Source: a virus
Lineage: Duplodnaviria > Caudoviricetes
Length of the DNA: 64,000 nucleotides
IMG/VR virus record: IMGVR_UViG_3300022899_000001
Span: 13,731-77,730 of that record
Direction: 5' to 3' (one strand)
Position 1 is the stretch's first letter. Every line of letters begins with the position of its first letter. A program made the translations under genes and the position numbers. Positions 18,764 to 27,272 of the stretch are shown in pieces. Below the pieces are notes generated by a model. It worked only from the letters and a program-made list of their open reading frames with translations. It was not told the DNA's origin and ran no database searches.

Positions 18764-20605
18764 GTGGCCGACAAATTCTCAACCTTTCCGATGCGGTCGC
18801 TCGAACGCGCAATCTTTGATGCGCGATATACCGCAGACAGCAAGCCCTTGGGCGCCTTCGCATGGAAACAATGCTTCGCTGTCATTGATGGCAAGCTCGC
18901 CCGCTCGAAAGGATTTGGTAAGCCGTTCCTGCCGTGCTGCCGAAACAGTGACTACCACAGTCAACCCGGCGAGCGCGAACCGATCACGTTGCAATTTCCA
19001 TCCGTCGCCAACGACAACAGCCGCCGTCTGTTCATCGGAACGAAAACCCGAATCGCAGTGCTCGACGAGACTGCCGGTGATTACACAATTCTCGGCTCAG
19101 GCTTTGGTGCCGATGGAAACTCCAGTCTGACGCAAGTGCGTTTCCACGCTTCCGAACTTCAAAACGTCGTGGTGTTCACAAACGGGTTTGATCTCGTTCA
19201 GTATCACGAGATTGCTTCGGGCACACTTCAGCCAATCCCCGATCTGGCCAATGCCGGCGAGGATCACGACAGCAACGTTGTGCCAGTCATGGCGGCAGAA
19301 GTCACGGTCAGTTGGCAAGGCTTCGAGTTCCTGATGAACACGTTGGAAGGCACCGAACGCTTTGCTTCGCGCATTCGCTGGTCCGACTTGAACCGGCCCT
19401 TGCTCTGGACGCCCGGCCAAGCAGCGGTTGATGGCATTGATCCCATCTGTGGGTTTCAAGACCTCGATTACGGAGAGGTGATATTGGCCGCCATCCCATT
19501 CGGTGGTGCGCTCTACGTGTTCACCGACAAATCCATCTGGAAATGCACCATCACGATTGACGCCACACAGACCGATCCAGCCGAAGTCGTCACGCTATCC
19601 TGCTCCAAAATCTACACTGAACCCAAGAACCAAGCCAAATGCCTCGCCTACCGCAACGCCATCGTGAATGACGGCACGGCGTTCTGGTATGCCGGTCGTG
19701 ATGGCATCTACCGTTTCAAGCCCGGTTACACCGCCGAACCTGAGCGCGTGGAATGGCTACATCGCTCGACCAAAATCATCTTACCGACCGAGGACGGCCC
19801 GCCGCCGCCCGCCACGCAGATTGACAAACGCGCCTGCCAGTCGCCCGTCATGGAGTTCTTCCCAGCCACAGATGAATTACACTTCTCCTGGCCTGTGGCG
19901 CCACCCGCTGAAACGGACGTGCCTGATTGCGAGAACTACGTGCCTGCCGCGCCAACTCCCGGCGAAGGGTTGAACTGGCATACGCTCGTGGCCAATACCA
20001 AGTTCGAGACGGCTGACTACCGGCCTTACGGCGCCACCTCCTATGCAAACTTCAGGTCAGATACCGCCGCGCAAGGCAACTGTAATCAGGCCATCCTGCG
20101 GTTGATGGCGGCTTCCCGCGATTTCACCCTGAAACAGATGGACGACCGCAATGGCTGGGAGTTCTACAACCCGTCCAATGATGCCTACACAATCGAAGGC
20201 TACTACTCCATCCTGCGCGGTGTGTTTCCCTTTGAGAAATTTGATGTGGACAAGATTTTGAAGTCGTTCCTTGTGGAACTGACGCCGGATGATCCTACTG
20301 ACACAGCTTTGATTGCCTGCCGCATCGGTGTCTCATACGAGTCATTGGATCCCAATGCCGCCAATGGAAGGTGTGAAGTGTTGTGGAAACCGCTGACGAG
20401 CAAGCCGATTAAGTGTCGGAATAATTACACGGCGGATGAGTACAATGCGATGGGTGTCCAGCCCTACGGTCCCGTTAAGTGGGCGTTCCTAAGACGCGGA
20501 AAAATACTTTACTACGAGGTCACAATCATCGCTTCCGATGGGACAGCGCCTATCGCTGGCGGCTGCTCTGCCAGCAGATTTGAAGTAACTGCGAAATTGA
20601 GTTAG
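18764..20605 (+). CDS. Tail nozzle/stabilisation protein (P22 gp10 / tail tubular B-like, beta-propeller)
   Basis: 613 aa; RIRWSDLN...LLW, ALYVFTDKSIW and AFWYAGRDGIYRF blade-like motifs; podovirus tail context. Confidence 0.6.
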   Translation: MADKFSTFPMRSLERAIFDARYTADSKPLGAFAWKQCFAVIDGKLARSKGFGKPFLPCCRNSDYHSQPGEREPITLQFPSVANDNSRRLFIGTKTRIAVLDETAGDYTILGSGFGADGNSSLTQVRFHASELQNVVVFTNGFDLVQYHEIASGTLQPIPDLANAGEDHDSNVVPVMAAEVTVSWQGFEFLMNTLEGTERFASRIRWSDLNRPLLWTPGQAAVDGIDPICGFQDLDYGEVILAAIPFGGALYVFTDKSIWKCTITIDATQTDPAEVVTLSCSKIYTEPKNQAKCLAYRNAIVNDGTAFWYAGRDGIYRFKPGYTAEPERVEWLHRSTKIILPTEDGPPPPATQIDKRACQSPVMEFFPATDELHFSWPVAPPAETDVPDCENYVPAAPTPGEGLNWHTLVANTKFETADYRPYGATSYANFRSDTAAQGNCNQAILRLMAASRDFTLKQMDDRNGWEFYNPSNDAYTIEGYYSILRGVFPFEKFDVDKILKSFLVELTPDDPTDTALIACRIGVSYESLDPNAANGRCEVLWKPLTSKPIKCRNNYTADEYNAMGVQPYGPVKWAFLRRGKILYYEVTIIASDGTAPIAGGCSASRFEVTAKLS

Positions 20606-20618
20606 GGGCGACGACACC

Positions 20619-21323
20619 TTACTCAATGCAGAGCGGCATTTGATCTTTCTCCACGGTCTTTGGGATATAGCCTTCCATTCGTGCTCTCGACATCTCGAAT
20701 GCGATGGGATCATTCTCAAACGCCACATAATCCACATTCAACGTTTTGGCGGCGTTCAACGTGGCGCCACCGCCGCAAAACGGTTCAAGTAAAACAGCAG
20801 GCCGAATCGGTTTATATTTCCGAGAATGCTGGTCATCTCCAAGGCAATAAGAAATGACGTAACGAGCTGAGCCTTCGTCCTGTCCCCAGTTGTGAAATCG
20901 TTTGTCCGGTCCCTGACCATTGTAGGTGGACACCATGTTGGGAACGATTATCGCGGCCGGTCCTTTTGACCACATCAGGATTGGCTTGCTGGCATTGAGA
21001 ATTTTACGCGGCCAAATGATGGGCTTGTCTCTCGTATTCAGTGTTTCGATTTTGAAGTAATAGGAAAGTCCGCTGGCACTCGCCATTGAGAAGATACGGT
21101 CCAAGTAAAGGCTGCTGGCGATGAAACAACAGAATCCTCCGGGTTTGAGAACGCGCATGGCTTCACAACAAAGCCATCCGTAAAGTGGAATGAATTCTTT
21201 CGGGTAAGGAGGGTCAGTGAATATCATGTCCACCGATTCATCGGGGATGTCTTTTGACAGTTCACGCGCATCGCCAAGCGTGATGGAGTTCAAATCGTAT
21301 GGTCCGAGTTGTTTCATAATCAA
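20619..21323 (-). CDS. Amino (N6-A/N4-C) DNA methyltransferase, beta class
   Basis: SVDMIFTDPPY precedes LLEPFCGGGAT (motif IV before motif I). Confidence 0.85.
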   Translation of the reverse strand: MIMKQLGPYDLNSITLGDARELSKDIPDESVDMIFTDPPYPKEFIPLYGWLCCEAMRVLKPGGFCCFIASSLYLDRIFSMASASGLSYYFKIETLNTRDKPIIWPRKILNASKPILMWSKGPAAIIVPNMVSTYNGQGPDKRFHNWGQDEGSARYVISYCLGDDQHSRKYKPIRPAVLLEPFCGGGATLNAAKTLNVDYVAFENDPIAFEMSRARMEGYIPKTVEKDQMPLCIE

Positions 21324-21351
21324 AGTTTCCCCCGCCGCGTCACGCTACACA

Positions 21352-21411
21352 GCGCAACATCCCGTGCAGCGTATGCCTACCCCGATACGGCTATCGGTTG
21401 TTTTGTTCTGC
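21352..21411 (+). other. Degenerate attC-like site
   Basis: GCGCAAC-ATCCC-GTGCAGCGTATGCC...GGCTATCGGTTG-TTTT-GTTCTGC. The left arm matches the array consensus; the right arm is eroded. Confidence 0.45.
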
Positions 21412-21430
21412 CGGGTCACGGCGGGGAAAG

Positions 21431-21673
21431 TCATTCAGCCTCCAACACTTTCTGCGCTAAGGCATCCATTGAAATGCGACCCTCTGAATCTTTGATGTAT
21501 CGAAGCGCAGTTTGATGCCTTGTCTCTCCCGGCCACTTGCGGGCAACCGCCATGATAAGTTCATTGTAATTACGTTCAAGTTCACGGTGTTGTTGCTCCA
21601 CAAGTTCGATCAATTCAACCGCGTCGGCTGTGCGGTAGAAGCCTTCACTCCTGAGTTCTTTTGGTGTTTTCAT
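21431..21673 (-). CDS. Small hypothetical protein
   Basis: 80 aa, starts MKTPKELRSEGF. Confidence 0.6.
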   Translation of the reverse strand: MKTPKELRSEGFYRTADAVELIELVEQQHRELERNYNELIMAVARKWPGETRHQTALRYIKDSEGRISMDALAQKVLEAE

Positions 21674-21854
21674 TGATTCGCTTCACACAGATTCCACCAA
21701 TCCTTCGCGCTTCCAAGTAATAAGGCAGGGCGTCAAAGCTGATGTGTGTGATTCCTCGGTGCGCGTTTGCGATATACCAGAACGGATCGCCAACTGGGTC
21801 TGGATTTACCAATACGCCAAAACCTTCTGCCCTGAGTTCGGAGGCGGTTTTCAT
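21645..21854 (-). CDS. Small hypothetical protein
   Basis: ATG at 21854 in an ATGA overlap; starts MKTASELRAEGF. Confidence 0.55.
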   Translation of the reverse strand: MKTASELRAEGFGVLVNPDPVGDPFWYIANAHRGITHISFDALPYYLEARRIGGICVKRINENTKRTQE

Positions 21855-22078
21855 TCGATTGATCTGAACCACACCCGGAACTCGTCCAGTGTTTTGAATC
21901 CGTCTATGGCAACCATGCCTTCGGTCGTGTTGATGCCAAGGCGCTCAAGCCAGAGTTGGACTCGACCAAGTTCCATAGGCTTCGGTCTGCGAATCCAGAT
22001 GCCCGTGTCCTGATGGTACGCACCGCGATAGTCGCGGATGGCGTTGGACAGCTTTCTGAGTTTATCGGTTCGGCTCAT
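21851..22078 (-). CDS. Small hypothetical protein
   Basis: 75 aa, ATGA-coupled on both sides. Confidence 0.6.
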   Translation of the reverse strand: MSRTDKLRKLSNAIRDYRGAYHQDTGIWIRRPKPMELGRVQLWLERLGINTTEGMVAIDGFKTLDEFRVWFRSIE

Positions 22079-23289
22079 ATAATCTCGATTCTTTTTCCGG
22101 GTATTAAAAACTTCCCGCCCGCATCCAGATAGTTCTGATTCTTGCTAATGATTTCGTCCTTGAAATTGCCACTGAAGATAATCGCATAATCCGGCTTCTG
22201 CTTCATCAGTTCTGATTCCGGCACAATCGGGATGGAAGTCCCCGGACTGAACTTCCCCTGCTTGTTCGGCGTGCAATCGCAGATGAATTTGATCTCGTTG
22301 TGAGTGAATCCGCAGGCCGAAATCCAGACGGTTGATTTCGCAGATGCGCCAAAACCAGCAATCGTCTTACCCGTTCGTTTGGCCGATCTCAGGCCAAGCA
22401 AGTCCTCTACTTTGAATCGCAGATGATTGATTGCGGCGTGAGCATCGTTGCTGAATGTCTGCCATGATTGTTCGGTGATGTTCTCAGACGGAATTGAGTC
22501 AGGGTATTTCTCGCAGTCATTTCTCCTGAGAAGGAAAACGATTGAGCCTCCCATGATGTCAAAATTCCGAACCGCGTGAAGGTGGAACACCGTGCCTTTC
22601 AGGAGATGCTCGATGGATGAGATTGAGACGTAGGACAAATGTTCGTGGTATGCCGTCTCCCATTGGACTTTACTGAGCATGTCAACCAAGGACGGCACCT
22701 CAATGGCGATAAGTGTGTCCTTTCTTGCGATCACCCCAAGGTTATTGATGAACTCGCTCCAATCATTCACATGCGCGAATACATGGCGGGCAATAATGAC
22801 ATTAGGTATTGGCACAACGCCACCGACGATGTTCGCGCTGTAAGAATCGAACAGGCCAACAATCGTGGTGATGCCATCCTTCGTCGCGAGTTCTGCAAGG
22901 TTGCCAGCCGGGTCAACGCCGCACACTCGTTCTGCGCCATTCGCCAGAGCGAACTTCAAAAATGCGCCCGTGTTGCTGCCAATCTCAATCACCGATTCCA
23001 CTGGCGATTTCTGTTTGATGAACGCCCACAGCGACTCGAAATGAGCGAGCATGGTTGCGCTCTCAGAAGTTCGGTAACTGTATCCAGAATATAAAATCTC
23101 CGGTGAGACAACCTCGCGAAGTTGCGCCAATTGACAACGCTCGCACCAAAGCAGCGTCAATGGAACGTAGCCATCTTGTTCTTCGCCTTCGGCCTTGAAT
23201 GAGTTGGCGAGAGGCATGGGCGGCAGAGAGAATACTTCGCGCAATGATGGATTTCCGCAAGCGCGACAGGTTGTTCGGATCGAGAAAAT
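22075..23289 (-). CDS. NDP-hexose C-methyltransferase-like protein (Zn-binding N-terminus, class I SAM domain, C-terminal domain)
   Basis: TTCRACG...MPLANSF...LTLLWCERCQLAQL, VIEIGSNTG, ARHVFAHV, YHEHLSY, IAGFGASAKS, DCTPNKQGKFSPGTSIPI. The CRAC motif lies upstream of the track start (23244); in-frame ATT at 23289. Confidence 0.85.
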   Translation of the reverse strand: MFSIRTTCRACGNPSLREVFSLPPMPLANSFKAEGEEQDGYVPLTLLWCERCQLAQLREVVSPEILYSGYSYRTSESATMLAHFESLWAFIKQKSPVESVIEIGSNTGAFLKFALANGAERVCGVDPAGNLAELATKDGITTIVGLFDSYSANIVGGVVPIPNVIIARHVFAHVNDWSEFINNLGVIARKDTLIAIEVPSLVDMLSKVQWETAYHEHLSYVSISSIEHLLKGTVFHLHAVRNFDIMGGSIVFLLRRNDCEKYPDSIPSENITEQSWQTFSNDAHAAINHLRFKVEDLLGLRSAKRTGKTIAGFGASAKSTVWISACGFTHNEIKFICDCTPNKQGKFSPGTSIPIVPESELMKQKPDYAIIFSGNFKDEIISKNQNYLDAGGKFLIPGKRIEII

Positions 23290-23290
23290 A

Positions 23291-23764
23291 TCAGCCTCCT
23301 GTGTTGATTGTAAGTCTCGCCATCTCGCGCAATATCACTTCGGCGACCGCAGGTACTATGGCGTTTCCGAGTCCTTTAAGGCGGTGTGTCCGATTGGGTA
23401 TCCCATCAGCCACTCGACCCAATTCGGGTTCAGGCTGCCACTGTGCCCACCCATTACAGAAGGTTGGGTGGATGCGTTCAACACAGGCAAGAGTCTGTGG
23501 CCAGAGCCAGCGGTGATCTTCCGAGCCTCTTTGGTGCCCGGCGCAAGAAGCGGGCTGGCAAGGAGGTCCACCTGTGATGAGATCAGCGTTGAGTTGTGGC
23601 ACGTTTCGGATGTCTCCGTAGTTGGGCACGTTGGGCCAGTGTCGCTTGAGGATTTTGCACGCATAAGGTTCAATTTCAGAAAATCCGATGGTTGTAAATC
23701 CTGCTGCTTGTGCGGCGATTGTGAAGCCGCCAATGCCGCTAAAAAGATCAAGGTGAGTCAGCAT
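23291..23764 (-). pseudogene. C5-cytosine DNA methyltransferase (alpha frame) with large in-frame internal deletion
   Basis: Motif I LDLFSGIGG, motif IV GGPPCQP and motif X LGNAIVP are present; the ENV (VI) and VIII motifs are absent; only 157 aa. Confidence 0.7.
23356..23751 (-). CDS. Alternative-frame (beta-type) polypeptide nested in the C5 methyltransferase gene
   Basis: Open for 131 codons and carries LNPNWVEWLMGYPIGHT, a motif IX-like segment missing from the alpha frame. Confidence 0.55.
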   Translation of the reverse strand: MIFLAALAASQSPHKQQDLQPSDFLKLNLMRAKSSSDTGPTCPTTETSETCHNSTLISSQVDLLASPLLAPGTKEARKITAGSGHRLLPVLNASTQPSVMGGHSGSLNPNWVEWLMGYPIGHTALKDSETP

Positions 23765-23767
23765 ATC

Positions 23768-24394
23768 CTACCTCGGCATCGTCAACCCCCGCTCCCCATC
23801 CGCCGCCCTGGTGAGTTTGGAAACAATTTCAGACCACGGTCTGCCTTCGCAACGGACACGCTTAATAAGGTCCGCGTTTACGCTGCCTGGAAAGCACCAC
23901 CAATCCTCAGTCTCGCCATAGTCAGGAATCACAACGTCGGCGCAGGCCAGATCGTAACCGTATTCCTTCATCGCCAATCGCATTCTGTCACGCGGCTCAT
24001 CACCAATCCTGTAACGATCATGCTCAATAGTCGCAACACTGAATCGTAATGTTCCAAACGGTATGTTACTGAACGTGTCGAGTGTCGCATCGTCACAGTC
24101 CAAACTCAAAAAGTCAATTATTCGAGGCAGACCAGCCTCATCAATTACCGCGAGCCAGTCCGTTTTGGTTGTGTCGCCCTGAATAAACTTGCTGGTGCGA
24201 TTCTGAATCCGATCTGCGTCACACAGAATGTCGAACAATAAACCGCTCCAACCCATTTGCTCAAGAGCGTATGTGTTGTTCATCGAGGTCAGGTTATACG
24301 AACCAACATCCAGAAATGTGCCATCAGTTCTCTGCCCGCACATTTCAAATGCGAATACATCCTGTCCCGCCTGTGATGTGGATTGAAGAATCAT
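23768..24394 (-). CDS. FkbM-like class I SAM methyltransferase
   Basis: SQAGQDVF...GTFLDVGS...NNTYALEQMGWSGLLFD...IDFLSLDCD. Confidence 0.75.
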   Translation of the reverse strand: MILQSTSQAGQDVFAFEMCGQRTDGTFLDVGSYNLTSMNNTYALEQMGWSGLLFDILCDADRIQNRTSKFIQGDTTKTDWLAVIDEAGLPRIIDFLSLDCDDATLDTFSNIPFGTLRFSVATIEHDRYRIGDEPRDRMRLAMKEYGYDLACADVVIPDYGETEDWWCFPGSVNADLIKRVRCEGRPWSEIVSKLTRAADGERGLTMPR

Positions 24395-25179
24395 GCACGA
24401 CTTCTTCGAGACGACGCATCATACATCGCCTGAGCCTTCTTCAAATCACGCGGCCCGTTTTCAATCTCGTGCATCTGGTGAAAGTATAAGTATTCTTCAA
24501 TTATGTGAAACTTCACTCCCGCCCGCTGCATGGCTCCCTGAAGATCAAGCTGCCAATAGCCCCATTCCAAAAGTTCTTCATCGTAAAAATCCGCTGCCGC
24601 CATTGCTTGTTTCGTCGTGATAAAACTGGCCGCATCATACAAGGCGCTCGTGTGCCAGCCCGCGCCTTCCGAGTTCTTCAGGAGGTTTTTTGGGTTTTCC
24701 CTCCAATTCAAACCTTCCAAATCAGAAGCGTGGTCAACTGCTTCGTGTGGTTTTCCTTTTTGCGACCAATAGGGCATCTGCATCAACCAGCTTGCAACAA
24801 ACCACATAGGGTCAGCGCCATCGTTAGACTGCTTGGAAAACTCACCGACCAGCCTCTCGCAGTAATCCACATCGTAAATACAATCTGCTTTTGCCAAAAT
24901 AAACACGTCATGCTTGGCCATTCTGATAGCTGTATTCTGGCACCAAGAAGCTGTTGTCTTGGCCGGATCACCGTGTTTATTAAACGAGAACCGAAGCTTG
25001 TCCACGTCGAAATGCTTGGCTATGACCCTTTTGATTTCACTCTCTGAATAATCAGTGTTGTTCTCGAAGAACAGCCAGCAATCAGGGGAGATGGTTTGCT
25101 TGGACAATGAGTAGAGGCTTCGCTCAAGATGGTCAAGCGTCAGACTTCTAAAGAATGTGAAAATCAAACTCCAAGTCAT
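24391..25179 (-). CDS. GT-A fold (GT2-like) glycosyltransferase
   Basis: N-terminal SLIFTFF...LERSLYSLSKQT; FILAKADCIYD (DxD-like); WGYWQLDLQ...HQMH. Confidence 0.65.
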   Translation of the reverse strand: MTWSLIFTFFRSLTLDHLERSLYSLSKQTISPDCWLFFENNTDYSESEIKRVIAKHFDVDKLRFSFNKHGDPAKTTASWCQNTAIRMAKHDVFILAKADCIYDVDYCERLVGEFSKQSNDGADPMWFVASWLMQMPYWSQKGKPHEAVDHASDLEGLNWRENPKNLLKNSEGAGWHTSALYDAASFITTKQAMAAADFYDEELLEWGYWQLDLQGAMQRAGVKFHIIEEYLYFHQMHEIENGPRDLKKAQAMYDASSRRSRA

Positions 25180-25925
25180 ATTTCTGCCCCTTTTCTCTTG
25201 TTGAATTGCTGTTTGAAATACGGATCAGTCAACGTGTCGGCGAAACCTGAAAGCACGCGCTTGGTTTTCATGTCTGCTTTTGAAAAATCTTCTGTCGGCC
25301 TCCAAAACGCGAGACAATTTGACTGGTCGCCGCGCCAGAAGCAATTTGGTGCCCTGCGCCATTCGCGCCATTGATACTCACCACTCCATAGCACCAGCTT
25401 GACTGGAAGCTTTTCCCGCGCAACCAAAACCCACAAACTGTTAGGGCCATGCTCGAATGCGTATCGGTCAGACTTGCTACTGACGCCGAATGGATAACGT
25501 CGCAAAATGTGTGGCGGGCAAAAGAATCCACTCGTGTTAAGATGTGGGCGAATCTGATAGCTGGCGCAGGTCCCGTAAAGACCTGGAGCTTCGGCGAACA
25601 CCTTGGCCATGCGCGAGAGCCAGCCGGGTTTGTTGAAATAAGCTGACGCACCAAAACACAAGATCATGTCGGCGTCACATTGCTTGGAATAATCCAAATA
25701 ACCACCGATGTCCCAGCCGTCGTTTGTGCGAGTGAAGAAACTACAATCTGCAATCTGGCTGAATTGTGCCTTCTGCCGGCTGTCCGGCTCCCGGCCATTA
25801 CAGATGATAACAGTTGAATGGTGTTCACCGGGCGGATGCGAAAGGTAGGAACTGATAAAACGCGAGTGCGCGGACTGAAACTGCGCAAGATGAGGAACCA
25901 TGATGTAGGCGAGCATGATCTTCAT
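25176..25925 (-). CDS. Putative glycosyltransferase-like protein
   Basis: FFTRTNDGWDIGGY...ILCFGASAYF...HLNTSGFF...YAFEHG; lies within the GT cluster. Confidence 0.5.
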   Translation of the reverse strand: MKIMLAYIMVPHLAQFQSAHSRFISSYLSHPPGEHHSTVIICNGREPDSRQKAQFSQIADCSFFTRTNDGWDIGGYLDYSKQCDADMILCFGASAYFNKPGWLSRMAKVFAEAPGLYGTCASYQIRPHLNTSGFFCPPHILRRYPFGVSSKSDRYAFEHGPNSLWVLVAREKLPVKLVLWSGEYQWREWRRAPNCFWRGDQSNCLAFWRPTEDFSKADMKTKRVLSGFADTLTDPYFKQQFNKRKGAEI

Positions 25926-26596
25926 GCAGGCACTCGCCTTCCAAAGTACATCGGAAATCTCCTAGCCACTTCATGGAAATTGCGCTGCTCAATCGCATTG
26001 ATGCCGGGCATCTTCGAGCTTGTGGCCTTGCCGATGTGGGTCACGCGGCAGTCTGGAGTAACGTGAAGGGTGTAGCCTTTTTCTATCAGACGAAGACCAA
26101 GGTCTATCTCCTCCCAGTAACAAAACTTCAAGTAATCACTGAACAATCCAACCTCTTTCAACAATTCCGTTCGCCCCATCATGCAATGTCCCCATAGATA
26201 TTCGATTGCGGATTTATCAGGGTTGAGGCTTTTTCGGAAATGACCACCCACCGGCGAGGACAACGCGCACATCTGAAACTCCTTGAACGGACGCTCCAAA
26301 GCCTCAAGCCAGCCAGAATCAACAGTCGTGTCGTCATTGAGGTAAATCACAAAATGCGAAGTTATCTTGGTCAATGCAACTCGTGATGGATTGATGAATC
26401 CCTCGTTCTTTTGATTTATTACCACCGTGACGTTGGGATGATCGCGAGCCAGGCCAAGGAAATAATTCCCAACTACCGGATTACCGTTGCTGGTCAGGCA
26501 TAATTCAAAGTCGGAACTGTGTGCAAATACGGACTCCAGGCATCTCTTACAGTGATCCAGAGCCGTGTATGTCGTTATACAGATGCCGTAACGCAT
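25922..26596 (-). CDS. GT2 family glycosyltransferase
   Basis: ICITTY...CLESV...NEGF...IYLNDDTTV...EEIDLGLRL..KGY. Confidence 0.85.
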   Translation of the reverse strand: MRYGICITTYTALDHCKRCLESVFAHSSDFELCLTSNGNPVVGNYFLGLARDHPNVTVVINQKNEGFINPSRVALTKITSHFVIYLNDDTTVDSGWLEALERPFKEFQMCALSSPVGGHFRKSLNPDKSAIEYLWGHCMMGRTELLKEVGLFSDYLKFCYWEEIDLGLRLIEKGYTLHVTPDCRVTHIGKATSSKMPGINAIEQRNFHEVARRFPMYFGRRVPA

Positions 26597-26953
26597 TTAC
26601 GGTTTCTCTCCCTTCGCCAGCCGAATCATGCTCTTTTGTTGTTCCGGCTTCAGCAGTTGTTTCACGCTCACACCCTTGGTCAGACGGCGATAACGCCTGC
26701 GCGGATCACGCGCCAACAGGTTCACACCGCACGCCTCGGCAAAGTCGCTCACCGTCTTTAGGAGCAATGGCCATTCACGGCGATAGGCCAACGCCTGCAA
26801 CGTGCGCCGCTTGATCCCGCTGCGTTGCACCAGATCGTTGATTGTCCTGTGTTGAACGCCGCGCTTCCGGTCGCGCCTGACAGCCATCGCAAGACAGACG
26901 AAAGGCGGCGTGCGTTGCACGGTTTGCCAGAGGGTTAGGGGTTTGCGATTCAC
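26597..26953 (-). CDS. Basic, putative HTH DNA-binding protein
   Basis: TINDLVQRSGIKRRTLQALAY; 118 aa. Confidence 0.5.
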   Translation of the reverse strand: MNRKPLTLWQTVQRTPPFVCLAMAVRRDRKRGVQHRTINDLVQRSGIKRRTLQALAYRREWPLLLKTVSDFAEACGVNLLARDPRRRYRRLTKGVSVKQLLKPEQQKSMIRLAKGEKP

Positions 26954-26963
26954 GTTTTCAATA

Positions 26964-26993
26964 TGCTAACCCGTCGCATAATCACTGTTAGCA
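26964..26993 (+). other. attI-like site 1
   Basis: AATCACT-GTTAGCA opens array 1 without an attC left arm; 9/10 identical to the site beside the integrase remnant. Confidence 0.55.
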
Positions 26994-27223
26994 GGCTCTC
27001 CGTTTTTGGCGTCGTAGTATTTGTCCCACGCTTTCGAGGTCTGGTCGCACAGGTCATCGTATGCCAGTTGAGCATCTTGAGCTTGCTGTCGTGCTTCGTT
27101 TCGTAGTGATTGGAGTTTTTTGCAGTTCGCAAGTAGCCTGCTAACAAGCTCACTGGAGCGAACCGGCTTGGGCTGCTTCAGTGAGGTTATCAGGGCGTAG
27201 TTGGACGGTTTGATTCGGCTCAT
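26966..27223 (-). CDS. Cassette ORF, small coiled hypothetical protein
   Basis: 85 aa; ATG inside attC 27139-27271; ends ANSDYATG across the attI-like site. Confidence 0.6.
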   Translation of the reverse strand: MSRIKPSNYALITSLKQPKPVRSSELVSRLLANCKKLQSLRNEARQQAQDAQLAYDDLCDQTSKAWDKYYDAKNGEPANSDYATG

Positions 27224-27271
27224 AGGTCTTGTTGCATTTCGCCAGCGGGTCGCTCAGTTCGGTCGTTAGGC
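27139..27271 (+). other. attC-type site (133 bp)
   Basis: TGCTAAC-AAGCTC-ACTGGAGCGAACCGGC ... GCGGGTCGCTCAGT-TCGGTC-GTTAGGC. Confidence 0.85.
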
Positions 27272-27272
27272 G

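Noticed and set aside
20601-20607. GTTAGGG over the nozzle stop codon as a possible secondary integration site for the accessory block
   Set aside because: It does not complement the nearest R'' (GCGCAAC), and a 7-mer of this kind is expected by chance.
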